Shown here: positions 58,201 to 64,000 of the stretch, piece after piece | How positions within the stretch are numbered: position 1 is the first letter of the stretch | Layout of the letters: the number at the start of each line of letters is the position of its first letter | Program-made: the position numbers and the translations under genes | Source of the DNA: Antedon mediterranea | Taxonomy: Eukaryota > Animalia > Echinodermata | Assembly: GCF_964355755.1 (NCBI RefSeq) | Contig: NC_092679.1 | Span: 22,861,432 to 22,925,431, forward strand | Reading direction: 5' to 3' | DNA: 64,000 nt | Notes under the pieces: generated by a model | The model's input: the letters and a program-made list of their open reading frames with translations, nothing else | Told to the model about the DNA's origin: nothing | The model's database searches: none

Positions 58201-60247
58201 GCATCATCAATGTCACATGGAAGAGATACAGTCAGTGTTAGTGGTAGTAACTCACTGACAACAGAGTCAGCACAGAGATTCTTGTAGTTACGACTAGAAA
58301 CTATTTTCTGAGTTGGCGGCGGTTTATTTAACTGTAACTTACAATGTACGGCTGAGTGGTCAGATATATGTGGGATGCCCACATTGACATCAGTTAGAAA
58401 AGTGTCAGTTGATTTGGTAATAAGCAGGTCAAGAGTATGACCTGCCTCATGGGTTGGTTGGTGAACATGTTGATTAAGATCATAAACTTTAAGAAGGCTC
58501 ATAAACTGCATAACCTCCCTATTCTCGGATTTGTCAAGGTGAAAGTTGAAATCCCCGGCAATGAGCAAGTCGGAATGTACTAATGCAATGGTATCAAGCA
58601 TGTTAGAGAACTCATTGAAGAAATGTGAGACGGTGAAACCATTTTTCTTGCTAGAAAGAGGACGAAAGATAACTATGATTCGCAGTGTTCGAATTCCGTT
58701 ACTAAATTGAATTCCCAACGATTCAAAAGTACTACAGTCAGGTAAGTCCAGAGAGCGTGTTTGTAGACCAGCTTTGTACATGAGGGCAACTCCCCCATGA
58801 CGACCATATGTTCTAGGAACATGGTTAAACATGTAACCATCTGCAAGCAAATATATTTAAGCCATTGTACGACCATCTGTGGTCATAATTGTAAAATTTT
58901 TCCAAACAGAAAGGGGATTCCCATCATTCATATAACCACAATGCGATAACGCTTGTCACGGCACACCCCAAGCTCCTTAAAACCTCTCTTGGTTTTGATA
59001 ATAAATAGAGGACGTTGACAAAAAAAAACATGTTCCGTTTTTTTAACTTCAGATGTTGGCATGTACAGTATGAAATAGTGGAAATGAGGAAACCTGTTTT
59101 TAAAACATTTTTATGGCATGTGACAGAAAAACAGAAATAGAAATAATAGAGATATTCAAATATAATGAATTGATTCTGTCTTAAATCTTTAATCTTACAA
59201 TTACTTTACGAAACGACAACGATTAGGACATTCACTACAAAGGAAAATGTACTCTAATAAAAATACAACATTACCTACCACCTTAACTCTTTATTCTTAC
59301 AATACTTTTTTTTTTTTTTTTTTTTTATTTATTGATTTTTTTATTTTTTTTTTATTTTTTTTTTTTTTATTGCGAACGATGACAACGATTATGCATGAAT
59401 AATGGCTTTAATACATTCACAACAAAGCAAAATGTACCCTAATAAAAAATACAACATTACCTAGCAGCTTAACTAAATACCTAGGGAAATCTCATGCATC
59501 ATATTCCATTGTATAATGTTATCGTGAAGATTATAAAACTACAATGCAGTCTGTCAACACACTTCGCAATACAATAGCCTACTCTAGTTGCTATAGAATC
59601 AGTAAACTAACTTGCTTCGTTATTAAAATCAGATCAACGATTTACAGAAAAATGGACATCATTGTACAGTGACATTAAGATGAATCTACTTAAAGATACT
59701 AGGAAAAATATCTATTTATAGTTTTGTTGTGAGAAATAAGCAGACTAGGCTTAAAAGATGTTTTCTATCATTCTATATTAGTTTTTGTGGAAGAGATAGT
59801 TTTATTTTGTTAACGAGCGTCAAAGATTTAATCCAGACTATTCTATTTTATATTGAAAAAAACAAGTGACACTGACAGTTGGTGTAATTTGTTGTGTTTT
59901 AAAAACAAAAAATTGACCAAAAGAAAGTTATAATTAACTAGATACTAATAATAGTCTACACCGCATTGTAGATTGATTTTTTACTTAAATTACTGTGTAT
60001 GGATAGCCCTCAAATATGATGCATCATGACTGTTGAAAACAAATTTGAAAATATAATCTAATAATAAACAAACCTGTTCGGGAATCCTCCTTTTTCTTGC
60101 TTCTAATTGGATCATCATTAAATGCTGAATCCGGCCACGAGCTTGATAAACTTGCCACATTCTTCGTTTTCCTTTCCGATTCTCGATCATTCTTCGCAAA
60201 TGACGGTACATACTTGTGATTATTGGACATATCCAGTGTGTTTGATT
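31044..60247 (-). CDS. TOGARAM1: TOG array regulator of axonemal microtubules 1 (crescerin/FAM179B), 3' part of gene: 17 coding exons, about 1108 codons (linker, TOG3, TOG4); 5' exons outside the window
   Basis: Manually spliced exons all have GT-AG ends and matching phases. Peptides resemble TOGARAM1/CLASP-type HEAT repeats: EVKNLRSQVS, DASQETRYYGRK, FDAFVLRLQDPNSKVNVQAL, VQPFC, VVGKGVFG. Confidence 0.93.
31692..31854. mobile_element. MITE family C copy in the last TOGARAM1 intron
   Basis: TA|CAGTAGAGCCTCTATTAAGGGGACAC ... GGAATCTACTG|TA; similar to 61041-61219. Confidence 0.7.
32152..32640. repeat. 21/22-bp minisatellite AGGTGTCCCCAGTATAGAGAT(T), about 22-23 units
   Basis: Directly visible near-perfect tandem array. 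Confidence 0.97.
33533..33858. repeat. Diverged duplication of about 200 bp
   Basis: CAACATACA.TCTTTTACAA...GCTATC.ATCATGTTTCATGTTTGAATT...GACCACATTACA twice. Confidence 0.8.
34586..34970. repeat. Three diverged tandem units of about 130 bp
   Basis: CAGAATTATCATTTTT...TTTGGTATT..GGTT...CAACATT repeated three times. Confidence 0.75.
36890..36967. mobile_element. MITE family A, partial copy
   Basis: CATCGCTTGTGATTGGTCAA...CTTGCGTTGCGCCCTAGTGGGAATCAAGCT matches the family end. Confidence 0.6.
39471..40102. mobile_element. Harbinger-like non-autonomous element
   Basis: Perfect 18-bp TIR TACCCCTTTTACACCGCC / GGCGGTGTAAAAGGGGTA, TAA duplicated on both sides; internal TTTACAC and CCCGGG repeats. 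Confidence 0.85.
41405..41491 (-). CDS. TOGARAM1: TOGARAM1 exon (TOG4; PPVLVQPFCNATEYGNTRVKPPMIKKLS)
   Basis: tag acceptor, G|gtaagt donor, phase 1-1. Confidence 0.9.
41808..41925 (+). mobile_element. Helentron-associated (HINE/DINE-1-like) non-autonomous element
   Basis: 5' TTTTAGTCGTGTGGACGCGACT palindrome, internal (GTCG)n microsatellite, second CACGCGACT, 3' GGCTGTTGGCC-TTGTT hairpin end. Confidence 0.68.
42045..42261 (-). CDS. TOGARAM1: TOGARAM1 exon (TOG4; VFDAFVLRLQDPNSKVNVQAL...)
   Basis: poly-T tag acceptor, G|gttagt donor, phase 0-1. Confidence 0.93.
42536..42850 (-). CDS. TOGARAM1: TOGARAM1 exon (TOG3-4 linker and start of TOG4; ...LSSTEWMVRLKGI...NIVK)
   Basis: tag acceptor, AAG|gtaat donor, phase 0-0. 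Confidence 0.92.
44400..44526 (-). CDS. TOGARAM1: TOGARAM1 exon (YYGRKIFHAL...LENIRTK)
   Basis: tag acceptor, AAA|gtgagt donor, phase 2-0. Confidence 0.92.
44786..44875 (-). mobile_element. Degenerate SINE fragment (CORE/V-type central motif)
   Basis: Minus strand TCCTTTGGCAAGGCACTT...CTCTCCACCCTGGTGTACAAATGGATACC, typical of tRNA-SINE cores. Confidence 0.55.
45214..45372 (-). CDS. TOGARAM1: TOGARAM1 exon (TOG3; ...MGPGRILSGIKDVTD...DASQETR)
   Basis: cag acceptor, AG|gtaatg donor, phase 2-2. Confidence 0.92.
45627..45775 (-). CDS. TOGARAM1: TOGARAM1 exon (TOG3; DLDKICKTLLPKNGEASGFIR...)
   Basis: taag acceptor, AG|gtaatg donor, phase 0-2. Confidence 0.9.
45850..45992. mobile_element. MITE family B (CTCTGTCTACACTATCAAAC TIR); related fragments at about 8630-8693, 19950-20028 and 38761-38845
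   Basis: TGTCT(A/G)CACTATCAAACT ... AGTTTGATAGTGTAGACA inverted ends; four dispersed related pieces in the window. Confidence 0.72.
46095..46407 (-). mobile_element. tRNA-derived Deu/Nin-like SINE, copy 2 (TOGARAM1 intron)
   Basis: Reverse complement of 23060-23383 with only a few differences. Confidence 0.88.
46977..47169 (-). CDS. TOGARAM1: TOGARAM1 exon (TOG3; EMKVDG...EVKNLRSQVS...MDK)
   Basis: cag acceptor, AAG|gtact donor, phase 2-0. Confidence 0.92.
47620..47751 (-). CDS. TOGARAM1: TOGARAM1 exon (start of TOG3; KPFNNPDNALRDALSYLANDDW)
   Basis: cag acceptor, TG|gtaagt donor, phase 2-2. Confidence 0.9.
49412..49532 (-). CDS. TOGARAM1: TOGARAM1 exon (TPITPRLSPK...SRTKPK)
   Basis: ttttcttttcag-type acceptor, AT|gtaagc donor, phase 1-2. 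Confidence 0.82.
50004..50439 (-). CDS. TOGARAM1: TOGARAM1 exon encoding an E/K/R-rich charged helix
   Basis: tag acceptor, G|gtaat donor, phase 0-1; 145-codon open E/R/K-rich frame. Confidence 0.85.
50577..51122. mobile_element. Kolobok-like non-autonomous element
   Basis: TTAA on both sides; TIR AGATGTATT(G/A)TCCC. Confidence 0.78.
51226..51356 (-). CDS. TOGARAM1: TOGARAM1 exon (GVFGQGSDS...EDSDEE)
   Basis: tag acceptor, GAG|gtata donor, phase 1-0. Confidence 0.85.
51696..51806 (-). CDS. TOGARAM1: TOGARAM1 exon (QTTPLSMAS...IGVVVGK)
   Basis: Not in the ORF track. tag acceptor, G|gtaaa donor, phase 1-1; joins the next exon to form VVGKGVFG. Confidence 0.85.
52186..52469 (-). CDS. TOGARAM1: TOGARAM1 exon (GKKTNTADSPFTGKP...RERRRQ)
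   Basis: taag acceptor, G|gtaat donor, phase 2-1. Confidence 0.85.
52538..52737. mobile_element. Palindromic MITE
   Basis: About 45-bp imperfect IR: AGGGATCAC...CTACTGCTGTTACTGCAGTAACT / AGTTACTGCAGTAGCTGCAGTAG...TGGTCCCT. Confidence 0.65.
53220..53434 (-). CDS. TOGARAM1: TOGARAM1 exon (METSLQRLRASADKRKK...)
   Basis: tag acceptor, GG|gtaaaa donor, phase 0-2. Confidence 0.85.
53843..54069 (-). CDS. TOGARAM1: TOGARAM1 exon (linker; PLSTYHPG...SDDEDL)
   Basis: tag acceptor, TTG|gtaagc donor, phase 1-0. Confidence 0.82.
54288..58845 (-). mobile_element. 5'-truncated CR1/L2-group LINE, inactivated ORF2 (APE endonuclease + reverse transcriptase), interrupted by a DNA transposon
   Basis: EN motifs GGVALMYK, AGDFN, GHTLDL, SDH. 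RT motifs NYRPVSNL, LDLSAAFDTV, GVPQGSVLGP, YADD. (ATTG)n 3' tail at about 54288-54303. In-frame stops at 55696 and 54822 and a frameshift near 55580. Confidence 0.95.
56351..58144. mobile_element. Non-autonomous Tc1/mariner-type DNA transposon (1794 bp) nested in the LINE
   Basis: About 30-bp TIR CAGTACTGGTCAGAG(G/C)ACTTTCGACATTCC at both ends, with TA on each side. Removing it plus one TA restores the LINE frame (LAPTKSRLVTIRPQTPWY). No transposase ORF inside. Confidence 0.93.
60074..60247 (-). CDS. TOGARAM1: TOGARAM1 exon (linker; SNTLDMSNNHKYVPSF...KEDSRT)
   Basis: ttacag acceptor, G|gtttgt donor, phase 1-1 and open; phase matches the next exon. Confidence 0.7.
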
Positions 60248-61040
60248 CTGTAAAAAAGAAAAATTCAAATGAACTTTACATTTGAATTCAGTCAATATGT
60301 AATCAACAAAACATGCATTATTTATCAAATAAAAAAAAAATTTGATATTCATAGATGTTAGCAAATCACCCAGAGCATCGTCTGAAAGGCATTGTGGGAT
60401 AGAATAGTGCCAATGGATGTTCCATTTTTAACCAATTGAGAAACGTTCCATCAATTAGAAAAGTAAAAGCCTAACTATAATTTAAAAGAGGTAGGATCAT
60501 TAGAATCTAAGACATTTTGCATATTGACATCGTCGTTCACGACAGGCGTCGGCCGTACTAAAAGGAACTTGCTACTGGTATTAGAAAAGCGTATGGGGAC
60601 AGTTGTCCTCATCATAGCAGGTACTGCACTGTGGCTGCAACGTAAGGTTCTCATCCAAATTTCCTCAGTTTCCAGTTAATCTGAGGTCGATTACTTTTAC
60701 ATAATATTAATAGTGAACTCTGCCTGCCTAATTGTCCCTGTGTAATAAAATGTTTCCTATTTATCATTATCAACACAAATGTCATTGACGTTTTCATCCG
60801 GATACATTATTTATGTAATTATTTTATGCTGTGAATGAACTATTATGCATTAACTTATTCATAACTACATACCATGTGTAGGTTTAAATAGAGTGTGTAC
60901 TTCTTCCTGTTGTACATAATTATAACTATTGTGGTAGGAATTTGTACCAGACTTTTTAGGCCTGAACAAGTAAGACATACTGTACATCTACATCTAGACT
61001 TGGAGGTTGAGTCAGTGAGAGGGCCCTAATTATAGGCATA

Positions 61041-61219
61041 CAGTAGAACTCCTATTAAGGGGACAACTTTGGATCCAATAGAGTGTCTCTCAATAGGGGT
61101 GTCTAATTAATAAGGGTTGACCGTAGTAAAAACATATAATACAGTATTTCCCTATGTTTCAGGGAAACCTTTTAGTGGTGTACCCTAAATAGAGGTCTCC
61201 CAAAGGATGAGTTCTACTG
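61041..61219. mobile_element. Tigger/pogo-like MITE family C
   Basis: TA|CAGTAGAACTC ... GAGTTCTACTG|TA with TAAGGGGACA / TGTCYC subterminal repeats. Confidence 0.78.
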
Positions 61220-63102
61220 TAATTGAACATACTACTAGTAGACAAACAAGATCAAGGTATTTCTATAATTGTTACTAACATTTATTATGTAAATAATAGC
61301 CTACAGCACATGCATGTTTTTAATGATAACAAGGTCATTGTAAACAAATCCTTGCAAAGTGATTATCAATATTATGTAATGGAAGACTGACCTTTAAGTC
61401 AACCACTACTACACTGTGTGTGTTAACATTTTTGTTTTTTTTGCAATCAACAAAATATTGAAGCTGTGTAAAGATCTAATTGAGGAGAATGGTAAACTGC
61501 GATGACATCACTAAACATTTCCAGGTTGGGTATAAAAATTGTAAACAAAGCAGATCTCCCTATGTTTTTGTATAATGTGGTATATTTTCCTAGTGTTCAC
61601 TGTTAATGCCGGTAAATTAATCTCTGAGAAAGCATATCACCATCTACAATCAAATCCCTCCTGTCGACTACAATTTGACAGAAAATAAAAGACTTCCAGT
61701 CAGGGATTAGAGTTTACAAAGATGGTCCGTCATAACCATAGCATCCATCGTTATCATACAGAATGTGTTGTATGGCACACTGTACATGCATATCAAGAAA
61801 TTAGGGCAAGAGTAAATTAATGCAAAATATCGAGGTAACAATATTACTATTAAATAACACAACAAACAAAAACCTAATGCAATTATAGATAATCAATACC
61901 GTACATCTATATTTATACATGGAGTATTAAACATATATGGTAAACACAGTATTGTCAAGACTAGAAATGCATAGACCGGATATTACAAATAGAACGCAGT
62001 CAATATATAGCAACGTTACATTATTGACCTGATCAGAAAATTTATATCACAAAAGGAAGGAAGGGTCGTAAGGACAAATATGGATAGCTAGGCTCACACT
62101 AGCCGTTCGCCAAGTCGGCAATTGCGATTGTGGATTCAATTTGGCGGAAAAAAATGCAGAGTGGCGAGTGTATTTTACCTGTGCTGAGGAGTAAAAAAAG
62201 ACGTATAGTAATATTACATAAATGTACTGGAACTATAGATGCTTGGTGGTTAAACATGCTTGCCTTCCAATTCCAAAACTAGTGTCACAACTCTTTCTAC
62301 TTTTAGACTTTTTTTTTAATGTTTATAATATAAGAATGATAATTATAGTTTATCCATCCTGTAATTGGCAAATTTCTCGCTGTTTGATAAATATAAAACA
62401 AAATCCAAGTCCCTACTGCATCATTCTTCAACAATTTTGTTGATACTAATTTTAGTTTAATGGAAAAATCTTTTTTCAGGAAATTTTTTTTAAAAAATGT
62501 GATGAATTCTGACATTGAAATTATCATTTTTGCGTCTGTCGAAAAAATAAAATAAATAGCTTATTCTTTAGTTTTTTTTTTAAATATTGATTTTTCGATT
62601 TTTTTTTTTAAGATCATAACATTCACGTGAAGATTAAACAGCTTATACAAACAAGTCTATCCATCATTTTGACGTTCAATAACATAAAACATTTTAATTG
62701 CACACGTACCTGTCCTTAATATCCATCAAAACATTTTCCCAATAGATTTAGTAAGTATTTATTAGTTATATAACATCCGATTAGATTCTTGCAATTTGGT
62801 TGGACAATACAGGGTCATGTGACATCGTTATTTGGTAATTAGCACACAAGTGCATCCTTGCCATTGATTTGGTTAATTTTGTATCACGTGCCATGCTTTA
62901 TTTTAACGATTGAAGGTACTTCAGCATGCTCAACTTTTCGCAAAAATTGTGAGAATTTTACGTGCTTTTGAATGATGAGTGATCGATCCAACTCACAAAC
63001 TAGCATACATTCAGCAAACGCTTTCTATATCTATTTTAAATTTAATTGCTTAACAATTTTAAACTTACTTTAATTAATAAACAATTAACATAATAGTAAA
63101 TA

Positions 63103-63284
63103 CAGTCAACTATCCAAATACCGGACACCTTTGGGCTAGCCAAATATGTCTGTCCAGAAAGTCTGGTATTTGGGATGTGTTTTTAATGGTAAAAATGAAT
63201 TTGGGACTGATTGGATTTCAAGAAAAGTCTGGTTTTGGGAGAATTTCTGGTTTTCAGAGAATCCGGTATTGGGATAGTTGACTG
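63103..63284. mobile_element. Tigger/pogo-like MITE
   Basis: TA|CAGTCAACTATCC(A/C)AATACCGGA ... TCCGGTATTGGGATAGTTGACTG|TA. Confidence 0.82.
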
Positions 63285-63644
63285 TAATGTTATAATAATC
63301 GCTAGTTTTAAATACCTCGTTCAGTTGGTGGCGCACTTTGACTTTGACCGTAACCCATTGGTGGTTTGAATGAGTTGGTATTCCCTGAAAGCGAAGCACG
63401 TTTCAACATGTCTAAATGCATTTGACGATAGGATCCACCTAAAAAGAATTTTAAAAAATATAAACATAAAACCCCATAATATTAAGATATAAACAAAAAT
63501 TGATTGCAAATAAAATCTCAAGTTCAAGTTCAAGTTAAAGTTTATTGTCAAATACAAAGTAAATGAAATTTGCCTTCAAAGGTTCAAATTACAATAAAAA
63601 TAACAACAGTCAAAAACATACAGTACTATACAATGGATAAGATA

Positions 63645-63800
63645 ATATACAGATATTGACTGCTTAGAGGTTAAATATAAGATTTGACATCCCCGAGGGA
63701 ATGATATTAAGTTTGAGGGAATATATATTTCCCGAAGCGCCACCGAGGGGATGTCAAATCTTATATTTAACCGATATAAAAGGCAATATCTGTTATATTA
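63645..63800. repeat. Foldback element with a perfect 26-bp inverted repeat
   Basis: GGTTAAATATAAGATTTGACATCCCC (63669) / GGGGATGTCAAATCTTATATTTAACC (ends 63772), extended by outer CAGATATTG / CAATATCTG. Confidence 0.8.
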
Positions 63801-64000
63801 TATACTGTAGCCAAGAACAAGTCTGCTGGGTTGGGTGAAGCTAGGCTAGGCCTCCTATAGTATTTGTATTGTATTGTATTTAAACAAGTCAGCCTGCCTA
63901 GACACCTTACCTTGCGAAGAATAATATACAGATAATTACTAATTAATGATTCCTTGGCAATAAAATATTCACTTAGGCCTAGGATAGGTCGTTTAAATTA

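Noticed and set aside
54363-58850. Host RT gene or prokaryotic retron/DGR-type system
   Set aside because: APE-RT order, microsatellite tail, stops and frameshift identify an ordinary dead non-LTR retrotransposon

Overview
AT-rich eukaryotic (animal) genomic DNA; the repeat content and intron-exon style suggest a marine invertebrate deuterostome such as an echinoderm (inference). The right half (31044-60247, minus strand) carries 17 phase-consistent GT-AG coding exons of a TOGARAM1/FAM179B (crescerin) orthologue: the linker plus TOG3 and TOG4. The N-terminal exons lie beyond the window. One intron holds a 5'-truncated, inactivated CR1/L2-type LINE, itself split by a 1.8-kb non-autonomous Tc1/mariner element. 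The window also has two near-identical tRNA-headed Deu/Nin-domain SINEs, Harbinger-, Kolobok-, Tigger- and Helentron-type non-autonomous elements, and several tandem repeats. The left 30 kb has no recognisable protein-coding exons. It does show candidate alternative first exons of a leftward gene and a dense cluster of the palindrome TAGGCCTA. No prokaryotic-type system (CRISPR, operons) is present, and most ORF-track entries are spurious. I cannot demonstrate a new biological system. The best leads are an in-frame TOGARAM1-LINE endonuclease splice option, the TAGGCCTA and TACAGTA motif enrichments, and the alternative-promoter structure.
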